Made by a program: the position numbers and the translations under genes. From the human T2T-CHM13v2.0 reference genome, Homo sapiens, in the NCBI RefSeq assembly GCF_009914755.1, contig NC_060936.1: a stretch of 64,000 nt of DNA; one strand, written 5' to 3'. Of this stretch, positions 1 to 13,040 are shown piece by piece. Numbering within the stretch: the stretch's first letter is position 1; each line of letters opens with the position of its first letter. The notes beneath the pieces are model-generated. The model was not told where the DNA came from and searched no databases. It saw only the letters and a program-made list of their open reading frames with translations.

Positions 1-89
1 GTCTAAAGGAAGGTTCAACTCTGTGAGTTGAATACACACACCACAAATAAGTTACTGAGAATTCTTCTGTCGAACATTACTTGAAGAAA

Positions 90-106
90 TCCCGTTTCCA
101 ACGAAG
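90..106 (-). promoter_or_regulatory. CENP-B box (first example; recurs every ~340 bp, 4 per HOR, roughly 188 sites in the window)
   Basis: tcccgtttccaacgaag is the reverse complement of CTTCGTTGGAAACGGGA, the canonical 17-bp CENP-B box with core NTTCGNNNNANNCGGGN. Confidence 0.97.
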
Positions 107-428
107 GCCTCAAAGAGGTCCAAATATCCACTTGCAGACATTACAAACAGAGTGTTTCCAAACTGCTCCATCAAAAGAAAGGTTAAACTCTGTGAGCTGA
201 ACACACACATCAAAAAGAAGTTTCTGTGAATGATTCTGTCTAGATTTTATAAGAAGATGTTTCCTTTTCTACCGTAGGCCTCAAACCGCTTGAAATCTCC
301 AGCTGCAAATTCCACAAAAAGAGTGTTTAACATCTGCTCTTCTAAAGGAAAGTTCAACTCTATGAGTTGAATACACACAGCACAAAGAAGTTACTGAGAC
401 TTCTCCTATCAAACATTATATGAAGAAA

Positions 429-445
429 TCCCGTTTCCAACGAAG
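429..445 (-). promoter_or_regulatory. CENP-B box (second dimer of HOR)
   Basis: Exact tcccgtttccaacgaag. Confidence 0.95.
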
Positions 446-768
446 GCCTCAAAGAGGTCCAAATATCTGCTTGCAGACTTTACAGACAGAGTGTTTCCAA
501 ACTGCTCCATCAAAAGGAAGGTTAACCTCCTTGAGTTGAACACACACATCACAAAGTAGTTTCTGTGAATGATTCTGTCTAGTTTTTATACGAAGATGTT
601 TCCTTTTCTACCTTTGGTCTCAAAGCGATTGAAATCTCCACATGGAAACTCCACAAAAAGAGTGTTTCAAATCTGCTCTTTCTGAAGGAAGGTTCATCTC
701 TGTGAGTTGAATACACACACCACAAATAAGTTACTGAGAATTCTTCTGTGTAACATTATATGAGGAAA

Positions 769-785
769 TCCCGTTTCCAACGAAG
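769..785 (-). promoter_or_regulatory. CENP-B box (third dimer of HOR)
   Basis: Exact tcccgtttccaacgaag. Confidence 0.95.
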
Positions 786-1108
786 GCCTCAAAGAGGTCC
801 AAATATCCACTTGCAGACTTTACAAAGACAGTGTCTCCAAACTCCTCCATCAAAAGAAAGGTTATACTCTGTGAATTGAACGCACACATCACAAAGTAGT
901 TTCTGAGAATGATTCTGTCTAGTTTTTATACGAAGATATTTCCTTTTCTACATTTGGCCTAAAAGCGCTTGAAATCTCCACCTGCAAATATCACAAAAAG
1001 AGGGTTTCACATCTGCTCTGTCTAAAGGACAGTTCACCTCTGTGAGTTGAATAGAGGCAACACAAAGAACTTACTCAGTATTCTTCTTTCTAGCGTTCTA
1101 TGAAGAAA

Positions 1109-1125
1109 TCCCGTTTCCAACGAAG
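1109..1125 (-). promoter_or_regulatory. CENP-B box (fourth dimer of HOR)
   Basis: Exact tcccgtttccaacgaag. Confidence 0.95.
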
Positions 1126-4100
1126 GCCTCAAAGAGGTCAAATATCTGCTTGCAGACTTTACAGACAGAGTGTTTCCAAACTACTCTATGAAAAGAAAGC
1201 TTAAACTCCTTCAGTTGAACGCACACATCACAAAGTAGTTTCTGAGAATGATTCTGTCTAGTTTTTATACGAAGATGTTTCCTTTTCTACATTTGGTCTC
1301 AAAGCGATTGAAATCTCCAACTGGAAACTGCACAAATAGGGTGTTTCAAATCTGCTCTGTCTAAAGGAAGGTTCAACTCTGTGAGTTGAATACACACACC
1401 ACAAATAAGTTACTGAGAATTCTTCTGTCGAACATTACTTGAAGAAATCCCGTTTCCAACGAAGGCCTCAAAGAGGTCCAAATATCCACTTGCAGACATT
1501 ACAAACAGAGTGTTTCCAAACTGCTCCATCAAAAGAAAGGTTAAACTCTGTGAGCTGAACACACACATCAAAAAGAAGTTTCTGTGAATGATTCTGTCTA
1601 GATTTTATAAGAAGATGTTTCCTTTTCTACCGTAGGCCTCAAAGCGCTTGAAATCTCCAGCTGCAAATTCCACAAAAAGGGTGTTTAACATCTGCTCTTC
1701 TAAAGGAAAGTTCAACTCTATGAGTTGAATACACACAGCACAAAGAAGTTACTGAGACTTCTCCTATCAAACATTATATGAAGAAATCCCGTTTTCAACG
1801 AAGGCCTCAAAGAGGTCCAAATATCTGCTTGCAGACTTTACAGACAGAGTGTTTCCAAACTGCTCCATCAAAAGAAAGGTTAAACTCCTTGAGTTGAACA
1901 CACACATCACAAAGTAGTTTCTGTGAATGATTCTGTCTAGTTTTTATACGAAGATGTTTCCTTTTCTACCTTTGGTCTCAAAGCGATTGAAATCTCCACA
2001 TGGAAACTCCACAAAAAGGGTGTTTCAAATCTGCTCTTTCTGAAGGAAGGTTCAACTCTGTGAGTTGAATACACACACCACAAATAAGTTACTGAGAATT
2101 CTTCTGTGTAACATTATATGAGGAAATCCCGTTTCCAACGAAGGCCTCAAAGAGGTCCAAATATCCACTTGCAGACTTTACAAAGACAGGGTCTCCAAAC
2201 TCCTCCATCAAAAGAAAGGTTATACTCTGTGAATTGAACGCACACATCACAAAGTAGTTTCTGAGAATGATTCTGTCTAGTTTTTATACGAAGATATTTC
2301 CTTTTCTACATTTGGCCTAAAAGCGCTTGAAATCTCCACCTGCAAATATCACAAAAAGAGGGTTTCACATCTGCTCTGTCTAAAGGACAGTTCACCTCTG
2401 TGAGTTGAATAGAGGCAACACAAAGAACTTACTCAGTATTCTTCTTTCTAGCGTTCTATGAAGAAATCCCGTTTCCAACGAAGGCCTCAAAGAGGTCAAA
2501 TATCTGCTTGCAGACTTTACAGACAGAGTGTTTCCAAACTACTCTATGAAAAGAAAGCTTAAACTCCTTGAGTTGAACGCACACATCACAAAGTAGTTTC
2601 TGAGAATGATTCTGTCTAGTTTTTATACGAAGATGTTTCCTTTTCTACATTTGGTCTCAAAGCGATTGAAATCTCCAACTGGAAACTGCACAAATAGGCT
2701 GTTTCAAATCTGCTCTGTCTAAAGGAAGGTTCAGCTCTGTGTGTTGAATACACACACCACAAATAAGTTACTGAGAATTCTTCTGTCGAACATTACAGGA
2801 AGAAATCCCGTTTCCAACGAAGGCCTCAAAGAGGTCCAAATATCCACTTGCGGACATTACAAACAGTGTGTTTCCCAACTGCTCCATCAAAAGAAAGGTT
2901 AAACTCTGTGAGCTGAACACACACATCAAAAAGAAGTTTCTGTGAATGATTCTGTCTAGATTTTATAAGAAGATGTTTCCTTTTCTACCGTAGGCCTCAA
3001 AGCGCTTGAAATCTCCAGCTGCAAATTCCACAAAAAGGGTGTTTAACATCTGCTCTTCTAAAGGAAAGTTCAACTCTATGAGTTGAATACACACAGCACA
3101 AAGAAGTTACTGAGACTTCTCCTATCAAACATTATATGAAGAAATCCCGTTTCCAACGAAGGCCTCAAAGAGGTCCAAATGTCTGCTTGCAGACTTTACA
3201 GACAGAGTGTTTCCAAACTGCTCCATCAAAAGAAAGGTTAAACTCCTTGAGTTGAACACACACATCACAAAGTAGTTTCTGTGAATGATTCTGTCTAGTT
3301 TTTATACGAAGATGTTTCCTTTTCTACCTTTGGTCTCAAAGCGATTGAAATCTCCACATGGAAACTCCACAAAAAGAGTGTTTCAAATCTGCTCTTTCTG
3401 AAGGAAGGTTCAACTCTGTGAGTTGAATACACACACCACAAATAAGTTACTGAGAATTCTTCTGTGTAACATTATATGAGGAAATCCCGTTTCCAACGAA
3501 GGCCTCAAAGAGGTCCAAATATCCACTTGCAGACTTTACAAAGACAGTGTCTCCCAACTCCTCCATCAAAAGAAAGGTTATACTCTGTGAATTGAACGCA
3601 CACATCACAAAGTAGTTTCTGAGAATGATTCTGTCTAGTTTTTATACGAAGATATTTCCTTTTCTACATTTGGCCTAAAAGCGCTTGAAATCTCCACCTG
3701 CAAATATCACAAAAAGAGGGTTTCACATCTGCTCTGTCTAAAGGACAGTTCACCTCTGTGAGTTGAATAGAGGCAACACAAAGAACTTACTCAGTATTCT
3801 TCTTTCTAGCGTTCTATGAAGAAATCCCGTTTCCAACGAAGGCCTCAAAGAGGTCAAATATCTGCTTGCAGACTTTACAGACAGAGTGTTTCCAAACTAC
3901 TCTATGAAAAGAAAGCTTAAACTCCTTGAGTTGAACGCACACATCACAAAGTAGTTTCTGAGAATGATTCTGTCTAGTTTTTATACGAAGATGTTTCCTT
4001 TTCTACATTTGGTCTCAAAGCTCTTGAAATCTCCAACTGGAAACTGCACAAATAGGCTGTTTCAAATCTGCTCTGTCTAAAGGAAGGTTCAGCTCTGTGA

Positions 4101-4771
4101 GTTGAATACACACACCACAAATAAGTTACTGAGAATTCTTCTGTCGAACATTACTTGAAGAAATCCCGTTTCCAACGAAGGCCTCAAAGAGGTCCAAATA
4201 TCCACTTGCAGACGTTACAAACAGAGTGTTTCCAAACTGCTCCATCAAAAGAAAGGTTAAACTCTGTGAGCTGAACACACACATCAAAAAGAAGTTTCTG
4301 TGAATGATTCTGTCTAGATTTTATAAGAAGATGTTTCCTTTTCTACCGTAGGCCTCAAAGCGCTTGAAATCTCCAGCTGCAAATTCCACAAAAAGGGTGT
4401 TTAACATCTGCTCTTCTAAAGGAAAGTTCAACTCTATGAGTTGAATACACACAGCACAAAGAAGTTACTGAGACTTCTCCTATCAAACATTATATGAAGA
4501 AATCCCGTTTCCAACGAAGGCCTCAAAGAGGTCCAAATATCTGCTTGCAGACTTTACAGACAGAGTGTTTCCAAACTGCTCCATCAAAAGAAAGGTTAAA
4601 CTCCTTGAGTTGAACACACACATCACAAAGTAGTTTCTGTGAATGATTCTGTCTAGTTTTTATACGAAGATGTTTCCTTTTCTACCTTTGGTCTCAAAGC
4701 GATTGAAATCTCCACATGGAAACTCCACAAAAAGAGTGTTTCAAATCTGCTCTTTCTGAAGGAAGGTTCAA

Positions 4772-7700
4772 CTCTGTGAGTTGAATACACACACCACAAA
4801 TAAGTTACTGAGAATTCTTCTGTGTAACATTATATGAGGAAATCCCGTTTCCAACGAAGGCCTCAAAGAGGTCCAAATATCCACTTGCAGACTTTACAAA
4901 GACAGTGTCTCCAAACTCCTCCATCAAAAGAAAGGTTATACTCTGTGAATTGAACGCACACATCACAAAGTAGTTTCTGAGAATGATTCTGTCTAGTTTT
5001 TATACGAAGATATTTCCTTTTCTACATTTGGCCTAAAAGCGCTTGAAATCTCCACCTGCAAATATCACAAAAAGAGGGTTTCACATCTGCTCTGTCTAAA
5101 GGACAGTTCACCTCTGTGAGTTGAATAGAGGCAACACAAAGAACTTACTCAGTATTCTTCTTTCTAGCGTTCTATGAAGAAATCCCGTTTCCAACGAAGG
5201 CCTCAAAGAGCTCAAATATCTGCTTGCAGACTTTACAGACAGAGTGTTTCCAAACTACTCTATGAAAAGAAAGCTTAAACTCCTTGAGTTGAACGCACAC
5301 ATCACAAAGTAGTTTCTGAGAATGATTCTGTCTAGTTTTTATACGAAGATGTTTCCTTTTCTACATTTGGTCTCAAAGCTCTTGAAATCTCCAACTGGAA
5401 ACTGCACAAATAGGCTGTTTCAAATCTGCTCTGTCTAAAGGAAGGTTCAACTCTGTGAGTTGAATACACACACCACAAATAAGTTACTGAGAATTCTTCT
5501 GTCGAACATTACTTGAAGAAATCCCGTTTCCAACGAAGGCCTCAAAGAGGTCCAAATATCCACTTGCAGACGTTACAAACAGAGTGTTTCCAAACTGCTC
5601 CATCAAAAGAAAGGTTAAACTCTGTGAGCTGAACACACACATCAAAAAGAAGTTTCTGTGAATGATTCTGTCTAGATTTTATAAGAAGATGTTTCCTTTT
5701 CTACCGTAGGCCTCAAAGCGCTTGAAATCTCCAGCTGCAAATTCCACAAAAAGGGTGTTTAACATCTGCTCTTCTAAAGGAAAGTTCAACTCTATGAGTT
5801 GAATACACACAGCACAAAGAAGTTACTGAGACTTCTCCTATCAAACATTATATGAAGAAATCCCGTTTCCAACGAAGGCCCCAAAGAGGTCCAAATATCT
5901 GCTTGCAGACTTTACAGACAGAGTGTTTCCAAACTGCTCCATCAAAAGAAAGGTTAACCTCCTTGAGTTGAACACACACATCACAAAGTAGTTTCTGTGA
6001 ATGATTCTGTCTAGTTTTTATACGAAGATGTTTCCTTTTCTACCTTTGGTCTCAAAGCGATTGAAATCTCCACATGGAAACTCCACAAAAAGAGTGTTTC
6101 AAATCTGCTCTTTCTGAAGGAAGGTTCATCTCTGTGAGTTGAATACACACACCACAAATAAGTTACTGAGAATTCTTCTGTGTAACATTATATGAGGAAA
6201 TCCCGTTTCCAACGAAGGCCTCAAAGAGGTCCAAATATCCACTTGCAGACTTTACAAAGACAGTGTTTCCAAACTCCTCCATCAAAAGAAAGGTTATACT
6301 CTGTGAATTGAACGCACACATCACAAAGTAGTTTCTGAGAATGATTCTGTCTAGTTTTTATACGAAGATATTTCCTTTTCTACATTTGGCCTAAAAGCGC
6401 TTGAAATCTCCACCTGCAAATATCACAAAAAGAGGGTTTCACATCTGCTCTGTCTAAAGGACAGTTCACCTCTGTGAGTTGAATAGAGGCAACACAAAGA
6501 ACTTACTCAGTATTCTTCTTTCTAGCGTTCTATGAAGAAATCCCGTTTCCAACGAAGGCCCCAAAGAGGTCCAAATATCTGCTTGCAGACTTTACAGACA
6601 GAGTGTTTCCAAACTACTCTATGAAAAGAAAGCTTAAACTCCTTGAGTTGAACGCACACATCACAAAGTAGTTTCTGAGAATGATTCTGTCTAGTTTTTA
6701 TACGAAGATGTTTCCTTTTCTACATTTGGTCTCAAAGCGATTGAAATCTCCAACTGGAAACTGCACAAATAGGGTGTTTCAAATCTGCTCTGTCTAAAGG
6801 AAGGTTCAACTCTGTGAGGTGAATACACACACCACAAATAAGTTACTGAGAATTCTTCTGTCGAACATTACTTGAAGAAATCCCGTTTCCAACGAAGGCC
6901 TCAAAGAGGTCCAAATATCCACTTGCAGACATTACAAACAGAGTGTTTCCAAACTGCTCCATCAAAAGAAAGGTTAAACTCTGTGAGCTGAACACACACA
7001 TCAAAAAGAAGTTTCTGTGAATGATTCTGTCTAGATTTTATAAGAAGATGTTTCCTTTTCTACCGTAGGCCTCAAAGCGCTTGAAATCTCCAGCTGCAAA
7101 TTCCACAAAAAGGGTGTTTAACATCTGCTCTTCTAAAGGAAAGTTCAACTCTATGAGTTGAATACACACAGCACAAAGAAGTTACTGAGACTTGTCCTAT
7201 CAAACATTATATGAAGAAATCCCGTTTCCAACGAAGGCCTCAAAGAGGTCCAAATATCTGCTTGCAGACTTTACAGACAGAGTGTTTCCAAACTGCTCCA
7301 TCAAAAGAAAGGTTAACCTCCTTGAGTTGAACACACACATCACAAAGTAGTTTCTGTGAATGATTCTGTCTAGTTTTTATACGAAGATGTTTCCTTTTCT
7401 ACCTTTGGTCTCAAAGCGATTGAAATCTCCACATGGAAACTCCACAAAAAGAGTGTTTCAAATCTGCTCTTTCTGAAGGAAGGTTCATCTCTGTGAGTTG
7501 AATACACACACCACAAATAAGTTACTGAGAATTCTTCTGTGTAACATTATATGAGGAAATCCCGTTTCCAACGAAGGCCTCAAAGAGGTCCAAATATCCA
7601 CTTGCAGACTTTACAAAGACAGTGTCTCCAAACTCCTCCATCAAAAGAAAGGTTATACTCTGTGAATTGAACGCACACATCACAAAGTAGTTTCTGAGAA

Positions 7701-10700
7701 TGATTCTGTCTAGTTTTTATACGAAGATATTTCCTTTTCTACATTTGGCCTAAAAGCGCTTGAAATCTCCACCTGCAAATATCACAAAAAGAGGGTTTCA
7801 CATCTGCTCTGTCTAAAGGACAGTTCACCTCTGTGAGTTGAATAGAGGCAACACAAAGAACTTACTCAGTATTCTTCTTTCTAGCGTTCTATGAAGAAAT
7901 CCCGTTTCCAACGAAGGCCCTAAAGAGGTCCAAATATCTGCTTGCAGACTTTACAGACAGAGTGTTTCCAAACTACTCTATGAAAAGAAAGCTTAAACTC
8001 CTTGAGTTGAACGCACACATCACAAAGTAGTTTCTGAGAATGATTCTGTCTAGTTTTTATACGAAGATGTTTCCTTTTCTACATTTGGTCTCAAAGCGAT
8101 TGAAATCTCCAACTGGAAACTGCACAAATAGGGTGTTTCAAATCTGCTCTGTCTAAAGGAAGGTTCAACTCTGTGAGTTGAATACACACACCACAAATAA
8201 GTTACTGAGAATTCTTCTGTCGAACATTACTTGAAGAAATCCCGTTTCCAACGAAGGCCTCAAAGAGGTCCAAATATCCACTTGCAGACATTACAAACAG
8301 AGTGTTTCCAAACTGCTCCATCAAAAGAAAGGTTAAACTCTGTGAGCTGAACACACACATCAAAAAGAAGTTTCTGTGAATGATTCTGTCTAGATTTTAT
8401 AAGAAGATGTTTCCTTTTCTACCGTAGGCCTCAAAGCGCTTGAAATCTCCAGCTGCAAATTCCACAAAAAGGGTGTTTAACATCTGCTCTTCTAAAGGAA
8501 AGTTCAACTCTATGAGTTGAATACACACAGCATAAAGAAGTTACTGAGACTTCTCCTATCAAACATTATATGAAGAAATCCCGTTTCCAACGAAGGCCTC
8601 AAAGAGGTCCAAATATCTGCTTGCAGACTTTACAGACAGAGTGTTTCCAAACTGCTCCATCAAAAGAAAGGTTAACCTCCTGAGTTGAACACACACATCA
8701 CAAAGTAGTTTCTGTGAATGATTCTGTCTAGTTTTTATACGAAGATGTTTCCTTTTCTACCTTTGGTCTCAAAGCGATTGAAATCTCCACATGGAAACTC
8801 CACAAAAAGAGTGTTTCAAATCTGCTCTTTCTGAAGGAAGGTTCATCTCTGTGAGTTGAATACACACACCACAAATAAGTTACTGAGAATTCTTCTGTGT
8901 AACATTATATGAGGAAATCCCGTTTCCAACGAAGGCCTCAAAGAGGTCCAAATATCCACTTGCAGACTTTACAAAGACAGTGTCTCCAAACTCCTCCATC
9001 AAAAGAAAGGTTATACTCTGTGAATTGAACGCACACATCACAAAGTAGTTTCTGAGAATGATTCTGTCTAGTTTTTATACGAAGATATTTCCTTTTCTAC
9101 ATTTGGCCTAAAAGCGCTTGAAATCTCCACCTGCAAATATCACAAAAAGAGGGTTTCACATCTGCTCTGTCTAAAGGACAGTTCACCTCTGTGAGTTGAA
9201 TAGAGGCAACACAAAGAACTTACTCAGTATTCTTCTTTCTAGCGTTCTATGAAGAAATCCCGTTTCCAACGAAGGCCTCAAAGAGCTCAAATATCTGCTT
9301 GCAGACTTTACAGACAGAGTGTTTCCAAACTACTCTATGAAAAGAAAGCTTAAACTCCTTGAGTTGAACGCACACATCACAAAGTAGTTTCTGAGAATGA
9401 TTCTGTCTAGTTTTTATACGAAGATGTTTCCTTTTCTACATTTGGTCTCAAAGCTCTTGAAATCTCCAACTGGAAACTGCACAAATAGGCTGTTTCAAAT
9501 CTGCTCTGTCTAAAGGAAGGTTCAACTCTGTGAGTTGAATACACACACCACAAATAAGTTACTGAGAATTCTTCTGTCGAACATTACTTGAAGAAATCCC
9601 GTTTCCAACGAAGGCCTCAAAGAGGTCCAAATATCCACTTGCAGACGTTACAAACAGAGTGTTTCCAAACTGCTCCATCAAAAGAAAGGTTAAACTCTGT
9701 GAGCTGAACACACACATCAAAAAGAAGTTTCTGTGAATGATTCTGTCTAGATTTTATAAGAAGATGTTTCCTTTTCTACCGTAGGCCTCAAAGCGCTTGA
9801 AATCTCCAGCTGCAAATTCCACAAAAAGGGTGTTTAACATCTGCTCTTCTAAAGGAAAGTTCAACTCTATGAGTTGAATACACACAGCACAAAGAAGTTA
9901 CTGAGACTTCTCCTATCAAACATTATATGAAGAAATCCCGTTTCCAACGAAGGCCCCAAAGAGGTCCAAATATCTGCTTGCAGACTTTACAGACAGAGTG
10001 TTTCCAAACTGCTCCATCAAAAGAAAGGTTAACCTCCTTGAGTTGAACACACACATCACAAAGTAGTTTCTGTGAATGATTCTGTCTAGTTTTTATACGA
10101 AGATGTTTCCTTTTCTACCTTTGGTCTCAAAGCGATTGAAATCTCCACATGGAAACTCCACAAAAAGAGTGTTTCAAATCTGCTCTTTCTGAAGGAAGGT
10201 TCATCTCTGTGAGTTGAATACACACACCACAAATAAGTTACTGAGAATTCTTCTGTGTAACATTATATGAGGAAATCCCGTTTCCAACGAAGGCCTCAAA
10301 GAGGTCCAAATATCCACTTGCAGACTTTACAAAGACAGTGTTTCCAAACTCCTCCATCAAAAGAAAGGTTATACTCTGTGAATTGAACGCACACATCACA
10401 AAGTAGTTTCTGAGAATGATTCTGTCTAGTTTTTATACGAAGATATTTCCTTTTCTACATTTGGCCTAAAAGCGCTTGAAATCTCCACCTGCAAATATCA
10501 CAAAAAGAGGGTTTCACATCTGCTCTGTCTAAAGGACAGTTCACCTCTGTGAGTTGAATAGAGGCAACACAAAGAACTTACTCAGTATTCTTCTTTCTAG
10601 CGTTCTATGAAGAAATCCCGTTTCCAACGAAGGCCCCAAAGAGGTCCAAATATCTGCTTGCAGACTTTACAGACAGAGTGTTTCCAAACTACTCTATGAA

Positions 10701-13040
10701 AAGAAAGCTTAAACTCCTTGAGTTGAACGCACACATCACAAAGTAGTTTCTGAGAATGATTCTGTCTAGTTTTTATACGAAGATGTTTCCTTTTCTACAT
10801 TTGGTCTCAAAGCGATTGAAATCTCCAACTGGAAACTGCACAAATAGGGTGTTTCAAATCTGCTCTGTCTAAAGGAAGGTTCAACTCTGTGAGGTGAATA
10901 CACACACCACAAATAAGTTACTGAGAATTCTTCTGTCGAACATTACTTGAAGAAATCCCGTTTCCAACGAAGGCCTCAAAGAGGTCCAAATATCCACTTG
11001 CAGACATTACAAACAGAGTGTTTCCAAACTGCTCCATCAAAAGAAAGGTTAAACTCTGTGAGCTGAACACACACATCAAAAAGAAGTTTCTGTGAATGAT
11101 TCTGTCTAGATTTTATAAGAAGATGTTTCCTTTTCTACCGTAGGCCTCAAAGCGCTTGAAATCTCCAGCTGCAAATTCCACAAAAAGGGTGTTTAACATC
11201 TGCTCTTCTAAAGGAAAGTTCAACTCTATGAGTTGAATACACACAGCACAAAGAAGTTACTGAGACTTGTCCTATCAAACATTATATGAAGAAATCCCGT
11301 TTCCAACGAAGGCCTCAAAGAGGTCCAAATATCTGCTTGCAGACTTTACAGACAGAGTGTTTCCAAACTGCTCCATCAAAAGAAAGGTTAACCTCCTTGA
11401 GTTGAACACACACATCACAAAGTAGTTTCTGTGAATGATTCTGTCTAGTTTTTATACGAAGATGTTTCCTTTTCTACCTTTGGTCTCAAAGCGATTGAAA
11501 TCTCCACATGGAAACTCCACAAAAAGAGTGTTTCAAATCTGCTCTTTCTGAAGGAAGGTTCATCTCTGTGAGTTGAATACACACACCACAAATAAGTTAC
11601 TGAGAATTCTTCTGTGTAACATTATATGAGGAAATCCCGTTTCCAACGAAGGCCTCAAAGAGGTCCAAATATCCACTTGCAGACTTTACAAAGACAGTGT
11701 CTCCAAACTCCTCCATCAAAAGAAAGGTTATACTCTGTGAATTGAACGCACACATCACAAAGTAGTTTCTGAGAATGATTCTGTCTAGTTTTTATACGAA
11801 GATATTTCCTTTTCTACATTTGGCCTAAAAGCGCTTGAAATCTCCACCTGCAAATATCACAAAAAGAGGGTTTCACATCTGCTCTGTCTAAAGGACAGTT
11901 CACCTCTGTGAGTTGAATAGAGGCAACACAAAGAACTTACTCAGTATTCTTCTTTCTAGCGTTCTATGAAGAAATCCCGTTTCCAACGAAGGCCCTAAAG
12001 AGGTCCAAATATCTGCTTGCAGACTTTACAGACAGAGTGTTTCCAAACTACTCTATGAAAAGAAAGCTTAAACTCCTTGAGTTGAACGCACACATCACAA
12101 AGTAGTTTCTGAGAATGATTCTGTCTAGTTTTTATACGAAGATGTTTCCTTTTCTACATTTGGTCTCAAAGCGATTGAAATCTCCAACTGGAAACTGCAC
12201 AAATAGGGTGTTTCAAATCTGCTCTGTCTAAAGGAAGGTTCAACTCTGTGAGTTGAATACACACACCACAAATAAGTTACTGAGAATTCTTCTGTCGAAC
12301 ATTACTTGAAGAAATCCCGTTTCCAACGAAGGCCTCAAAGAGGTCCAAATATCCACTTGCAGACATTACAAACAGAGTGTTTCCAAACTGCTCCATCAAA
12401 AGAAAGGTTAAACTCTGTGAGCTGAACACACACATCAAAAAGAAGTTTCTGTGAATGATTCTGTCTAGATTTTATAAGAAGATGTTTCCTTTTCTACCGT
12501 AGGCCTCAAAGCGCTTGAAATCTCCAGCTGCAAATTCCACAAAAAGGGTGTTTAACATCTGCTCTTCTAAAGGAAAGTTCAACTCTATGAGTTGAATACA
12601 CACAGCATAAAGAAGTTACTGAGACTTCTCCTATCAAACATTATATGAAGAAATCCCGTTTCCAACGAAGGCCTCAAAGAGGTCCAAATATCTGCTTGCA
12701 GACTTTACAGACAGAGTGTTTCCAAACTGCTCCATCAAAAGAAAGGTTAACCTCCTGAGTTGAACACACACATCACAAAGTAGTTTCTGTGAATGATTCT
12801 GTCTAGTTTTTATACGAAGATGTTTCCTTTTCTACCTTTGGTCTCAAAGCGATTGAAATCTCCACATGGAAACTCCACAAAAAGAGTGTTTCAAATCTGC
12901 TCTTTCTGAAGGAAGGTTCATCTCTGTGAGTTGAATACACACACCACAAATAAGTTACTGAGAATTCTTCTGTGTAACATTATATGAGGAAATCCCGTTT
13001 CCAACGAAGGCCTCAAAGAGGTCCAAATATCCACTTGCAG
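4772..13040. repeat. Near-perfect tandem duplication of a 3-HOR block (period 4075 bp)
   Basis: Eight rare variants recur in the same order at +4075: gagctc 5210/9285, ggcccc 5880/9955, gacagtgttt 6266/10341, gaggtg 6818/10893, cttgtcc 7194/11269, ccctaaag 7920/11995, gcataaag 8533/12608, cctgag 1-bp deletion 8680/12755. Confidence 0.85.

Larger units (their letters stand above)
1..1358 (-). repeat. One representative canonical 8-monomer HOR unit (two related ~680-bp halves)
   Basis: 'gtctaaaggaaggttcaactc' at 1 recurs at 1359. CENP-B boxes start at 90, 429, 769, 1109 and 1448 (spacings 339, 340, 340, 339). Confidence 0.95.

Noticed and set aside
1-1358. Assignment to other 8-mer or 680-bp arrays (D18Z1, D14Z9/D22Z1, D2Z1, D10Z1)
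   Set aside because: The first three are SF2, whereas these monomers match the SF1 dimer. D10Z1 is an SF1 8-mer, but the once-per-HOR HindIII/PvuII pattern fits D12Z3 better from recall. Alignment to CHM13 HOR consensuses would settle it.
1787-1803. Variant CENP-B boxes tcccgttttcaacgaag (also ~30311, ~41856), 40498 and 43894 as inactivated sites
   Set aside because: The changes fall outside the nine core positions, so binding is expected to be retained.
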